Source of the DNA: an uncultured Methylomirabilota bacterium
Lineage (GTDB): Bacteria; Methylomirabilota; Methylomirabilia; Methylomirabilales; 2-02-FULL-66-22
Length of the DNA stretch: 64,000 nucleotides
Assembly: GCA_963845565.1 (NCBI GenBank)
Contig: CAWJSJ010000001.1
Span: 896,001 to 960,000, forward strand
Direction: 5' to 3'
A program made the translations under genes and the position numbers. The notes beneath the pieces were generated by a model that saw nothing but the letters and a program-made list of their open reading frames with translations, ran no database searches and was not told the origin of the DNA. How positions within the stretch are numbered: the stretch's first letter is position 1; each line of letters starts with the position of its first letter. Shown here in pieces: positions 29,173 through 38,840 of this stretch.

Positions 29173-30573
29173 TCACGGCAGCGTGCCGGGGGGATGCCGG
29201 AGGTGCCAATCCGTCAGCGTCTGGTAGGTGCTCGCCGCAGCGATGATGCCGTTCTCGTCGTACGGTCGCCCCATGAACTGGATCCCCGTGGGCACCCCGG
29301 TCTCGGTGAAACCGTCGGGCACGGAGATGGCGGGAAGTCCGGCGACATTGCCAATCGCGCCCATGAGGTCTTTGCCGACGCCCCGGATGGCGCTGGGAAA
29401 CTCCTCACCCAGTTTCGTGGAGGGAAAGGGCCGCGATGGCCCCAGCAGCGCATCAAATCCCCGCATCACGCGGTCCATCTCCGTGGCGATCACGCCGCGC
29501 AGCCGGAGCGCTCGGATATAATCCTTGGCCAGAACGGCGACGCGCGAATAGGGCGTGTAGCGATCCTCGGGCGCCGTGAGGCCGGCGATCTGGCCGGTCT
29601 CGATGAGATCCTCGAAGGCGCTCCCCATTTCCCCGAAGAGGATCGTCCGGGTGATCTCCTCGTAGGGCAGTGCGGGGATCGTGACCTCCTCGATGGTGGC
29701 CACGTCGGCCAACGTCTGCAGTGCTGCCTCGAAATTCGTGCGGGTGGCCGCTTCGGTCCCGTCCATGACGCCGGCGATCACGCCCAGCCGCAATCGTCTC
29801 GGCGGCGGCCCGGGCGCGTACCGGAAGGGTTGGTCGGTCGTCGAGGGATCTGCCGCGTCGGGGCCGGCGATGGCTTCCAGGACCAGGCCGCAGTCGTCGG
29901 GCGTCAGGCAGAGGGGACCGAGCTTATCCAACGACCACGACAAGACCATCGCCCCGTGTCGGCTGACGCGGCCGAACGTCGGCCGCAGCCCGGTCACGCC
30001 GCAGTGATTCGCGGGCCCCAGGATCGAGCCCCAGGTTTCTGACCCGATGGCGAAGGGCACCAAACCCGCACCCACGGCGGCCGCGGATCCGCTCGAGGAG
30101 CCTCCGCTCCACCGCGTCGTATCCCAGGGGTTGACGCCCGGACCGGTGAACGACGCGTCCGGCTGCCGATAGCCCATCCCGCCGGCCAATTCGACCATGG
30201 CGAGCTTGGCGGCGAGGACCGCCCCCGCCTCGCGCAGCCTGCGAATGACCGCCGCATCCTCGTCGAACTGCCGTCCCCGAAAGGGCGCGGCCCCCCAGGT
30301 GGTGGGGATGCCGCCGCCGGTGGCCAGCAGGTCCTTGGCGCCGTAGGGGATGCCGTGCAGCGGGCCCCGATATCGGCCCGCGCGGATCTCTGTTTCCGCC
30401 TGCCTGGCCTGCCTGAGCGCCAGATCGCGCGTCAGGGTGACCACGGCGTTGTAGGTCGGCCCCAAGGCGTCGAGCCGGTCGAGAAACGTCGTCGCCAGCT
30501 CGACGGGCGACACCTGACGGCTGCGGAGCAATTCGCCCAATGTGCGAACGGACAGGAAGACGGGATGGGCCAT
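29173..30573 (-). CDS. Amidase signature family enzyme (not GatA)
   Basis: GPLHGIPYGAKD, SGGSSSGSAAAV, GSETWGSI (Lys-cisSer-Ser triad). Confidence 0.92.
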   Translation of the reverse strand: MAHPVFLSVRTLGELLRSRQVSPVELATTFLDRLDALGPTYNAVVTLTRDLALRQARQAETEIRAGRYRGPLHGIPYGAKDLLATGGGIPTTWGAAPFRGRQFDEDAAVIRRLREAGAVLAAKLAMVELAGGMGYRQPDASFTGPGVNPWDTTRWSGGSSSGSAAAVGAGLVPFAIGSETWGSILGPANHCGVTGLRPTFGRVSRHGAMVLSWSLDKLGPLCLTPDDCGLVLEAIAGPDAADPSTTDQPFRYAPGPPPRRLRLGVIAGVMDGTEAATRTNFEAALQTLADVATIEEVTIPALPYEEITRTILFGEMGSAFEDLIETGQIAGLTAPEDRYTPYSRVAVLAKDYIRALRLRGVIATEMDRVMRGFDALLGPSRPFPSTKLGEEFPSAIRGVGKDLMGAIGNVAGLPAISVPDGFTETGVPTGIQFMGRPYDENGIIAAASTYQTLTDWHLRHPPGTLP

Positions 30574-30577
30574 CGGG

Positions 30578-30790
30578 TTACCCGTCCTTCCGGACTGGCG
30601 CGAAGCCGAAGAGGGGGGCGTCGCCGTTTGCGAGCGTCACCGACCTCACCGCGGCGACCGTCTTCACCACCGCCTCCACCGAGCCCCGCAGGCCGTCCAC
30701 CATGTCGGGGGTGACTCGATCGCCATAGCGGCGCATCAGCAGATTGAAGGCTGCCTCGCATTCCAACTGAAACTCTTGCTCTTGGCTCAC
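30578..30790 (-). CDS. Small putative amidase partner subunit (GatC/AtzG-like)
   Basis: 70 aa helical protein ending LANGDAPLFGF, 4 nt upstream of the amidase; AAAGGA RBS before GTG. Confidence 0.6.
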   Translation of the reverse strand: MSQEQEFQLECEAAFNLLMRRYGDRVTPDMVDGLRGSVEAVVKTVAAVRSVTLANGDAPLFGFAPVRKDG

Positions 30791-30930
30791 GATGCACGTC
30801 CTTTCAGAAGACGGTGCCCGGTGCCTTCCGGCAGCTCCCAACGGGTGTCCGGTAACCGCTTTTTCGACGAGATGCGCATGGTGTCCACGGAATTCGGGAC
30901 ACCGGATCAGGCGGGGTTCTATCCATGACG

Positions 30931-30959
30931 AACGTACGCCGAACCCGTATCACTGTCAA
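30931..30959 (-). promoter_or_regulatory. Putative sigma70 promoter for the small protein-amidase operon
   Basis: TTGACA-N17-TACGTT on the minus strand. Confidence 0.5.
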
Positions 30960-31241
30960 GATTGATGGCGACCGACGGATGCATCCCAACACCCGAGGTC
31001 CCTTGTTCCTCTGTGCGGGTGCGGCACCCCGCGCCACCTCCTGTCAACACGTCCTCGTAGACCTCCAGCTTGACCCAGAGGGTTCCCCGGTGGTAGCGTC
31101 CCGTCGGAGGGCAAACGGGCCACGGCTGGCTGCGTCTGCCCGTTTCCGCGACCCCCACTCCGACGAGCTTGCACGCCCCGAAACACTCTGAGGCCACTCC
31201 GATGCCCCTGGTCGGGGTGGAGGATGGGGAGGAGGAGGGCG

Positions 31242-32357
31242 ATGCCATTTACCAGCGAGGGGGTGGAACCTGGAATCGGTCTCGCACTCTCCGGCGGCGG
31301 ATTCCGGGCCACGCTCTTCCACCTGGGGAGCATCTGGCGGCTCAACGAACTCGGTCTCTTGGCGAAGCTGGATCGCGTGTCAAGCGTCTCCGGCGGATCC
31401 ATCACAGCCGGATGCCTGGTCGCCAACTGGCGTCGCCTCCAATGGGCCGACGGGGTTGTCCGGAATTTCGAAAGTGCAGTGGTCGCGCCCCTTCGGAAAT
31501 TCTGTTCGCTGAATCTCGACGGGCCGGCGATCCGGGGGGGAGCCTTTCGACCCTGGAAGAGGGTGAGCGACGTCTTGGAGCCTGTCTACCGGGACCATCT
31601 GGTGGGTGGGGCGACCCTGCAATCGCTTCCCGATCGGCCTCGGTTTGTGTTCAACGCGACGAATTTCGCCACCGGGATGTCCTTTCGGTTCTCCAAACCC
31701 TACGCCGGCGATCCCCGCATTGGCCTCATTCCACATCCGGATTTCCCGCTCTCCCTGGTGCTGACGGCCTCGGCGGCCTTTCCCCCCTTCCTGTCGCCCG
31801 TGATCCTCCACCTTGATCCGGCGCAGTTCCTACCCTGGGACGGCGCCGATCTCTATGGCGTCGAAGCCTACCGGAGACGCGTGGTGCTCACGGATGGAGG
31901 GGTGTACGACAACCTCGGCCTCCAGACGGTCTGGAACCGCTACGACACGATCCTGGTGAGCGATGCCGGCGCGCAGCTTCAGGCCGACCCCCGGCCGGGG
32001 GCCTCCTGGCTGCGGCAGACGAGACGCGCCATGAACGTCACGGCCAACCAGGCGCGAGACCTCCGTAAACAGGCCCTTCTCGCCGACCTGCGAAGCCAGG
32101 TTCGCAAAGGGGCCTATTGGGGAATTCGCACCGAGATCGGGGCCTACGGTCTCGGGAGCGCCATGCCCGTCCCGCCGGGCAAGACACATGCTCTTGCTGC
32201 GATCCGGACACGCCTCAACCCCTTCTCGGAGGAAGAACAGGGCGAACTGATCAACTGGGGGTATGCCGTGTGTGATGCCGCCGTCCGCCGCCACGTCTTG
32301 ACGGATGCCCTTCCGCCCCTCCGTTGGCCGATCCCGGCCTTCCCGCTGGACCGCTGA
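31242..32357 (+). CDS. Patatin-like phospholipase
   Basis: LALSGGGFRA oxyanion loop, SSVSGGS nucleophile, ASAAFP, TDGGVYDN. Confidence 0.9.
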   Translation: MPFTSEGVEPGIGLALSGGGFRATLFHLGSIWRLNELGLLAKLDRVSSVSGGSITAGCLVANWRRLQWADGVVRNFESAVVAPLRKFCSLNLDGPAIRGGAFRPWKRVSDVLEPVYRDHLVGGATLQSLPDRPRFVFNATNFATGMSFRFSKPYAGDPRIGLIPHPDFPLSLVLTASAAFPPFLSPVILHLDPAQFLPWDGADLYGVEAYRRRVVLTDGGVYDNLGLQTVWNRYDTILVSDAGAQLQADPRPGASWLRQTRRAMNVTANQARDLRKQALLADLRSQVRKGAYWGIRTEIGAYGLGSAMPVPPGKTHALAAIRTRLNPFSEEEQGELINWGYAVCDAAVRRHVLTDALPPLRWPIPAFPLDR

Positions 32358-32383
32358 CGCGTGCGATGGCTGTTGCGGTCGCT

Positions 32384-33136
32384 TCAGCAGGCGAACCCAA
32401 TCCTTCTTCGCGTGCCGACGGACTTCAGGAATTCTGTATAGGCCATACTGCGAAGGTCAAACCCGTCAAGGTCCTGTCCCACATATTCCATCGTGAGGAG
32501 CTTCGTCACCATGGAGACGACGACGTCCGCCGGATAGCTCACGCTTCTGGCCTGCTCCGCAGACAGTGGTGGTCGATCGAACGGGTGTAACCACAACTGC
32601 ATTTGCTCTGGGAGCGCATTCCGCCGAAGGGCGGGCTGGAAGTAGATGACGTCAAGCGGCCAGCCGCCCCGCGCTCGCAAGTACGCCTTGACCTCTTCCC
32701 TTCCATGTTCTTCGATTTCGTAGAGCATGCCGACGGCCGGCTTCCCGGTCATCGCAATAGCATCGCGCTCGATGCGCTCGCGAAGCGCAGCCACAAGGAA
32801 AGCACCGATGCCTTTTCGCCGTTGGGCCGCGTGTACGGCGAGGTAACTGACGACACCCACGCCCCGATTCTCGGGGCTGATTGGCGAAATGAGGTGGCCG
32901 TATATCACGCCAACGACATCCCCATCCAGCAACGCCGCCAGCAGGTGTGAGGTATATCCATCTTGAACCAGGAGTCTCTCCTTGCCGGTCCGTGGGCCTT
33001 CATCTCGAACACGCAAGCGGTTTCTGAGAAAGCTCCGCTCTTCCAGAAACTCGGCCGGAATCTCTTGGGCAAGAATCTCATATCCCACATCAAATTCAGG
33101 CGAGGAATACGAGAGATCCAACACTCTCATGACCAT
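32384..33136 (-). CDS. GNAT-family N-acetyltransferase
   Basis: YLAVHAAQRRKGIG acetyl-CoA motif A; YFQPAL. Confidence 0.85.
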   Translation of the reverse strand: MVMRVLDLSYSSPEFDVGYEILAQEIPAEFLEERSFLRNRLRVRDEGPRTGKERLLVQDGYTSHLLAALLDGDVVGVIYGHLISPISPENRGVGVVSYLAVHAAQRRKGIGAFLVAALRERIERDAIAMTGKPAVGMLYEIEEHGREEVKAYLRARGGWPLDVIYFQPALRRNALPEQMQLWLHPFDRPPLSAEQARSVSYPADVVVSMVTKLLTMEYVGQDLDGFDLRSMAYTEFLKSVGTRRRIGFAC

Positions 33137-33252
33137 CCCTTTCCTCCGTCTTGGGTGATGCGTCGTCGTGGGTTAATCCTCGTTCCTCGGCGCGCGCGGA
33201 ATTTGGGCCTGCAGTACGGGGCGTCCCAGTTCCGCACCCCGGGGATACGGCG

Positions 33253-34494
33253 TCAGGGTGTCCGGCTCTCTATTTGGGGTGGAGCGAGGAGCCCGCGCGC
33301 TGCCGAGCGGACTTGGGGGTCGGACATTCGGTAGACGGCCCGGTCGAGGAGGTAGTGGAGGAAAGCCGTCGAAAAGCCGAGGGCCACGAGGGCGGGAACC
33401 CAGGAGGATGTACGCAACCCCATCGCAACAGCGCCGAAGATCCGGTCGCCGTAGTTGATGCCCTCCTCCCGGTCCCAGTTCGCTTCGACCTCGAAGAGAG
33501 GCAGCAGGAGGACCGACGTAACCATGAGGAGAAGCACGACTGCCCAGGGCCGCGTGTTCAGCACGTGCCGGACGCGGCGCACGACCCCGCGTCCGGGAGC
33601 GGGTTCCCCGCGCGGCGTCTGGGATCCGAGACCCGTTGCAAGGATCCAGTGCTGTGAATTCCAGATCACCAGGAAGAGAAACAGGCTCCGCGGGCGGAGC
33701 GCGATGGCGACCATGGCCGCGATTCCCAGGATGTACAGCACGCGCGGCAGCGATCGTCGCGGCGCGCGCGCCTCCGCGAAGAGCATGACGGCCGTCACGG
33801 CAAGCAGGGCCAGCGTGGCACCTTGGCGGATCCCGTCTTGTGCCGACGCAAGCCAGGCGGGAACGAGCCAGCGGTCAACCCAAAGGTTCTGGTAGGCGAC
33901 GGCGCCGGCGAGGATGTCTGCCAGGAAGACGAGCGCACCGCCGACGCCCAGCGCGAAAAGCCGATCCAGGCGTCTCGCGTACCCTGGGCCCCCGCGTCCG
34001 ACCCGCGTGCGGTAGAGGGAGAGCGCACCGAAATGCTGCGCGGCGAAGTGGTACGTCACCAGAGCATAGTCGAGGATCGCGAGCGCCACGAGGCGCTCCG
34101 TACGCGTCCACGGGAACGCCGTGTCGGACGGCAGAAAAACACCAAAACACCCGGCCGTCACCAGCAGCGGAAGCACGACGAACCGCACCGGCTGCGCACG
34201 CAGGAGCGGCCGGTACGCCTCTGTGCCGTACGCGAGCCATGTGCTGCCCAACCGATGGCCGATCCAGAAGAGCGCGGTCAGACCGAAATAGAGCAGATCC
34301 AGCGGGCTCGACGCCGGGTCGGCATACCCGTGGGCGAGCCATAGGGCGAGCGGTGCGAGCCAGAGCGCGCTGAGCATCCACACCCCGTCCCACGCCGGAC
34401 CGCGCACCCACGCAGACGCCGGCGCCGCGGCCACATCCGTGGTCGGGAGCGCGATCTCCGCAGCGACCGATTTCCGCTCGATGTGGATCTTCAC
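33253..34494 (-). CDS. Polytopic membrane protein with conserved-looking His residues
   Basis: About 10 hydrophobic segments; GHR, YHFAAQHFG, QHW, LHYLLD motifs. Confidence 0.75.
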   Translation of the reverse strand: MKIHIERKSVAAEIALPTTDVAAAPASAWVRGPAWDGVWMLSALWLAPLALWLAHGYADPASSPLDLLYFGLTALFWIGHRLGSTWLAYGTEAYRPLLRAQPVRFVVLPLLVTAGCFGVFLPSDTAFPWTRTERLVALAILDYALVTYHFAAQHFGALSLYRTRVGRGGPGYARRLDRLFALGVGGALVFLADILAGAVAYQNLWVDRWLVPAWLASAQDGIRQGATLALLAVTAVMLFAEARAPRRSLPRVLYILGIAAMVAIALRPRSLFLFLVIWNSQHWILATGLGSQTPRGEPAPGRGVVRRVRHVLNTRPWAVVLLLMVTSVLLLPLFEVEANWDREEGINYGDRIFGAVAMGLRTSSWVPALVALGFSTAFLHYLLDRAVYRMSDPQVRSAARGLLAPPQIESRTP

Positions 34495-34604
34495 CCAACG
34501 CTCGCCTATTTCTGAAAACGACGCTGCCCACCTACGCTATCGCCCGGCCGCTGAAGCCAATCACGGCAAAGGATGCCGCTACCTGGAGCCTCGGAAAACC
34601 TTTG

Positions 34605-35174
34605 TCACTGCCCCTTCGTGCAGGGAATCTTGAGTGTAACGATACTTTGTGACACATACTTACTGTCTCCACCGCCGCAGCCGTCGTCGCCGTCCACAAA
34701 CCCCTTCACGGTCGTGCTGATGACGTAGCGATCCGGCAGGCTCGAAAATCTGGCCCCAAGGTATTCCTTCACATGGGGGCAGACCACGGCCTGGATCGGC
34801 TTCTCCAGATTGGTGAGGCGGTAATTCTGAACCCCCTCCGAGGTGCAGGCGGCAGGCGTGGACGCCGGGGCTTTGGCGTGGGCCACCATGCACTGCATCG
34901 CGGCCTCGCTTGCCCGCTGGCGGCAGCGGTTGGGCACGGTGCGACCGCACCCCCGCCGCGCCGAGAAATCGTAGATGGAGTGGCCGGGGCCGGGCCCCTG
35001 ATCGATGCGAGCCAAGTGCCTGCCAGCCCCGTCCTGCACGTCATTCATGTAGATCGCGTACCCCGCATTGCAGCTCCGCTCAATGTTGTCCTGGGCAAGC
35101 GCCGATCGCGCAGCCCACGGGCCGGCGACGGTACAGAAAAGCAATGCTGCAATCAGCAGGTGTCGCGTCGTCAT
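34605..35174 (-). CDS. Secreted Cys-rich hypothetical protein
   Basis: Signal peptide ending ALA-QD; 8 Cys in the mature part (RGCGRTVPNRCR, GDDGCGG). Confidence 0.7.
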   Translation of the reverse strand: MTTRHLLIAALLFCTVAGPWAARSALAQDNIERSCNAGYAIYMNDVQDGAGRHLARIDQGPGPGHSIYDFSARRGCGRTVPNRCRQRASEAAMQCMVAHAKAPASTPAACTSEGVQNYRLTNLEKPIQAVVCPHVKEYLGARFSSLPDRYVISTTVKGFVDGDDGCGGGDSKYVSQSIVTLKIPCTKGQ

Positions 35175-35304
35175 CTCGAACCCTCTCAGTAGATTGTTGT
35201 CGTCGGCTTTCTCGTCCCCGAGGTCAACCGAAGTGAAAGAAACTTCTGGCTTTCGCCGGCGAGTTCCGGAGTATCCGCAGCACGCCGTCCGGTACCTGTA
35301 TTCT

Positions 35305-36171
35305 TCAATCATTCCCAGCGTCACCTTTTTTTCCGGCCAGGCGCTGCATCGCTTGCTGGATCAGCGACTCCAGTACGTCGAGGGGGGTCAACAGGGCTCG
35401 CGGATCCTCAAACGGCGTCACCGCATTGGTCGCCCGATCCCAGTTCACCGGTCCGAACCGCCCGGGCTGGCCCGTGCGGGCCTGGATTTGGTAGAGCGAG
35501 TCCCCTTTGTTGTAGTGCCAGAACTCACCGGGATAGTGCAGGAAGCCGTGCCGCTCCATCGAGCGGGTGATCTCCTGCCGATTCTGTCGCTCCTCGGCGT
35601 TGACGAACGGGGAATCCATCGGGGTGTACTCGCTCATCTCGAGGTATGGTTTGCCGCGCCATACCTCCGACCCGTCATCGCGCCGGAGCACTGAGATGTC
35701 CACCGCAGCGCCGGCCAGGTGGGTCCCGGTGAGAGGCACGTTGGCGACCAGGCACATCGCCCGGCGAAACACCAACTCCACCGGCGGGCGTCCGCCGCCG
35801 CACTCCCGGATGCAAGCCTGCACGATCCGGTCGAAGACGGCCGGCGCACGTCCCAGGGCCGTCTGCATCTGTCGGGTGCGGTAGCCGTCCTCGATCTTCA
35901 GGACCCAGCCGCGCGCGTTCATGTCGCGGGCGATGGCCATCAAATCGGGAATCAGGCTCTCGCGGATGAAGAAGAGACGCTCGAACTGTCCGGCCAGCCG
36001 CGTGGTCGAGAAGCGCAGGTCCACGCCGGCCTCCTCGGCCGCAGCCGGGATGGAGGCAAAACCCTCGCGGCTTTCTTGGAGCGGGTGACGCATGATTGCC
36101 TCGGCCAACGCGTAACTCTGCTCCATGTACTCGACCCAGAAGGCGACACGGGCCGCTTCATCATGGACCAT
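35305..36171 (-). CDS. D-Ala-D-Ala dipeptidase-like M15 metallopeptidase (VanX/DdpX family)
   Basis: EDGYR, THLAGAAVD (HxxGxAxD), EFWH zinc motifs. Confidence 0.85.
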   Translation of the reverse strand: MVHDEAARVAFWVEYMEQSYALAEAIMRHPLQESREGFASIPAAAEEAGVDLRFSTTRLAGQFERLFFIRESLIPDLMAIARDMNARGWVLKIEDGYRTRQMQTALGRAPAVFDRIVQACIRECGGGRPPVELVFRRAMCLVANVPLTGTHLAGAAVDISVLRRDDGSEVWRGKPYLEMSEYTPMDSPFVNAEERQNRQEITRSMERHGFLHYPGEFWHYNKGDSLYQIQARTGQPGRFGPVNWDRATNAVTPFEDPRALLTPLDVLESLIQQAMQRLAGKKGDAGND

Positions 36172-36459
36172 CGGCCTCTCCTTGAGCGCGTCGGTGCGCC
36201 GGTCTCCGGTTCGGAACAGCGTCCTGCCACACCTCACCCACGTCCCGCGACACACGCGGGCTTGCGGGGGCATGGCAACGGCCACGCGAGCACAACTTGG
36301 TGTACGTGGCCACGTTGCGTCCTGGATTACAGATTACTTGTTGTATTCGTCAACGGGACAACGGGGATCGATCACCCCCACAGTGGACCCGCTGGTCCTC
36401 GCGGGAAACCGATCCGGACTCCTGTCTCTCAACGGCTCTCCGGCCGGAGCCCTCGGAGG

Positions 36460-38049
36460 CTACTGCCGGCGCAGCACTCGCCCGGCCCGGATGTCCGTCA
36501 GTCTTCCCGTATCCACGGCGACCCGACCGGCAACCAGGACGTGGGAGATGCCGATCGGGTGCTGGTTCGGCTCCGCGTACGTCCCCGTATCGATGATGGT
36601 CGTCGGATCGAAGACGGTGATATCCGCGACCATCCCCTCCCGGAGGAGCCCCCGGTCCTGAAGTCCAAGGCGCTGGGCGGGAAAGGAGGTCATGCGCCGA
36701 ATGGCCTGGGGGAGCGATATCACGCGGTCCTCCCGGACGTACTTCCCCAGAAATCGCGCGCAGGTGTTATAGACGCGCGGGTGGGGTTTGCCCCCCACGA
36801 TCCCGTCCGAGCAGATTGTCATGCATTCGTGCCGCATGATGGCCTGCACGTCCTCTTCGCAGCCGTAGAAGACGGTCATGGTCACGGCGTCGTCCTCGGC
36901 GACCAACAGGTCGCAGACCACGTCGATGGGCCGTTTGCCGGTGGCCGCCGCCAGCTCCGCGATGGAGCGCCCCTCAGCGGACCGGTTGGCCTCCGTCGCA
37001 ACCGCGTTGACCCAGATCCCGTCCCAGCTGCAGAGGGAGACCCAGTTCTCCCAGCGCTCGGGCGTGACCAGGTCCTGGATCCGACGGATCTCTTCGCGGA
37101 CCGCGGGATCCTGGAGCCGCGCGATCAGCCCGGCCGTTCCCCCGGCATGGAATCGGGGAGGGATCACGGCGTCCAGCATCGTGCTGCCCGCCACGTAGGG
37201 GTACTGGTCGAAGGTGATCTCCACCCCCCGCTGCCGGTAGGAGTCGATGAGGCCGAGGAGTGTGCCCGCCTGGCCCCAGTTCGCCTTCCCCGCCACCTTG
37301 AGGTGGGAGACGTGCAGCGGACAGCCCGCCTCGAGGCAGATCTCCGCCACCTCGCGGGTCGACTCCAGCACGTGATCCCCTTCGTTGCGCAGGTGGACGA
37401 CGAAGAAGCCCCCGTAGGCGGCGGCCACGCGGCACAGCGCCACCAGCTCGGTCCGGTCCGCATACATGCCCGGCGGGTAGATCAACCCCGTCGAGAACCC
37501 CAACCCGCCCTCCTCGAAGGCCCGGGCCAGGATCGCTTCCATCCGGGTCACCTCCTCCGCGGTGGCGGGCCGGTTCTCCCACCCCAGCACCGCCGTCCGG
37601 ATGGGGCCGTGCGGGATGAGCATCAGCGTGTTGGTCGCGGGCGGTAAGCTGTCCAGGCGGGCCAGGAACTCGGCCAGCGAGTTCCAGTCCCACTCCGGCA
37701 GATAGGTCCCGAGCAGCCCGGACACCCGCCGCATCATGGGCGGCTTGCTGGCGTCGTCGATGGGGGCCACCGAGAGCCCGTCCTGACCGATGAGGGCGGT
37801 CGTGATGCCCTGGAGCAGCTTGGAGTCCTCCTCCGGGTGGGCGAACACCCGGAGGTCGGAATGGGTGTGCATGTCGATGAATCCGGGCGAAACCACCAGG
37901 CCCGCCGCGTCGATCACCCGCGCTGCCTCATCACGGATCGCGTGGCGAACCGAGACGATCCGCTCCCCCCGGATCCCGATCTCGGCTCTGAACCACGGGC
38001 TACCCGACCCGTCAACGATCCGCCCGTTCCTGATCAGGACGTCCAGCAT
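36460..38049 (-). CDS. N-acyl-D-amino-acid deacylase (D-aminoacylase) family
   Basis: PGFIDMHTHSD, GFSTGLIY, HLRNE, HVSHLK, DQYPY, SDG, PHPRVY. Confidence 0.93.
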   Translation of the reverse strand: MLDVLIRNGRIVDGSGSPWFRAEIGIRGERIVSVRHAIRDEAARVIDAAGLVVSPGFIDMHTHSDLRVFAHPEEDSKLLQGITTALIGQDGLSVAPIDDASKPPMMRRVSGLLGTYLPEWDWNSLAEFLARLDSLPPATNTLMLIPHGPIRTAVLGWENRPATAEEVTRMEAILARAFEEGGLGFSTGLIYPPGMYADRTELVALCRVAAAYGGFFVVHLRNEGDHVLESTREVAEICLEAGCPLHVSHLKVAGKANWGQAGTLLGLIDSYRQRGVEITFDQYPYVAGSTMLDAVIPPRFHAGGTAGLIARLQDPAVREEIRRIQDLVTPERWENWVSLCSWDGIWVNAVATEANRSAEGRSIAELAAATGKRPIDVVCDLLVAEDDAVTMTVFYGCEEDVQAIMRHECMTICSDGIVGGKPHPRVYNTCARFLGKYVREDRVISLPQAIRRMTSFPAQRLGLQDRGLLREGMVADITVFDPTTIIDTGTYAEPNQHPIGISHVLVAGRVAVDTGRLTDIRAGRVLRRQ

Positions 38050-38059
38050 CCCGCCCTCC

Positions 38060-38788
38060 TCACCGCACCGGCGCCTCTTTTCGCCAGACGAACCGGTCTT
38101 CCAGTTCGCCGTTGTGATAGCTCTGTAGCAGCCGGACCAACCCCTCGACGGCCGCCTCGATCAGGGCCTTGCCCTTCTCTTCGCTGCCCGCGGAGGGATC
38201 GCCGAAGGCGCCCGGTGCCCACACCGCCTGATGGGCGTCCACCAACCCGGGCTGCAGATGCATCTGGACCGAGGTCTCGAACTCGCCGGAATGGCCGACG
38301 AAGCCGCGGTCGACCGGGCAGAGCCGCCGCATAGCGTCCGGCATGCCGGGCGCGTCCCAGTAGTCGCAACCCACCACCGAGGCGACGCCGTCCTCCTCCG
38401 CCAGCTTCGTCCGCATACCGGCCACGATCGCGGAGTTACCCCCGTGGCCGTTGAGCAGGAGGATCTTCCGGAAGCCGTGCGTGTGCACGCTCTTGGCAAC
38501 CTGGGTCAGCACCTCCACGAAGGTGTGGTAGGTCAGCGTCACGCTCCCCGGATGCCGCATGTGGTGGGGCGAGTACCCGGTCCAGACGGTCGGCAAGACC
38601 AGCACCGGGAACTCCATTGCCTGCGCGGCGCGCCGGGCCACGGTGGATACAATGTTGGAATCGGTGTTCACCGGCAAGTGGTTGGCATGCTGTTCGAGAG
38701 ACGCGATCGGAATGATCGCCACCGCGCCCGCCTTCGCGGCCTGCTCGATGTCCGTCCGTTTCAGCCGTTCCCACAGTACCTCTCGCAT
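38060..38788 (-). CDS. Creatininase/MftE-family amidohydrolase
   Basis: EQH..HLP..TD, SPHH, NGHGGN, GHSGEFETS. Confidence 0.9.
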   Translation of the reverse strand: MREVLWERLKRTDIEQAAKAGAVAIIPIASLEQHANHLPVNTDSNIVSTVARRAAQAMEFPVLVLPTVWTGYSPHHMRHPGSVTLTYHTFVEVLTQVAKSVHTHGFRKILLLNGHGGNSAIVAGMRTKLAEEDGVASVVGCDYWDAPGMPDAMRRLCPVDRGFVGHSGEFETSVQMHLQPGLVDAHQAVWAPGAFGDPSAGSEEKGKALIEAAVEGLVRLLQSYHNGELEDRFVWRKEAPVR

Positions 38789-38840
38789 GGCTCGATACGC
38801 CTCCCTCTCGTGTGATGCGATGCCTTCCTTCAGCCGATGC

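Noticed and set aside
29173..30573. Annotation as gatA
   Set aside because: The signature is GSETWGSI rather than GSDTGGSIR, and there is no gatB.
31242..32357. Patatin as a CBASS (CapV) or other anti-phage effector
   Set aside because: No CD-NTase, Cap2/Cap3 or other defence genes nearby; it is a stand-alone gene with its own promoter candidate.
35305..36171. Vancomycin-resistance vanX cluster
   Set aside because: No vanH/vanA ligase or vanRS; the context is catabolic.
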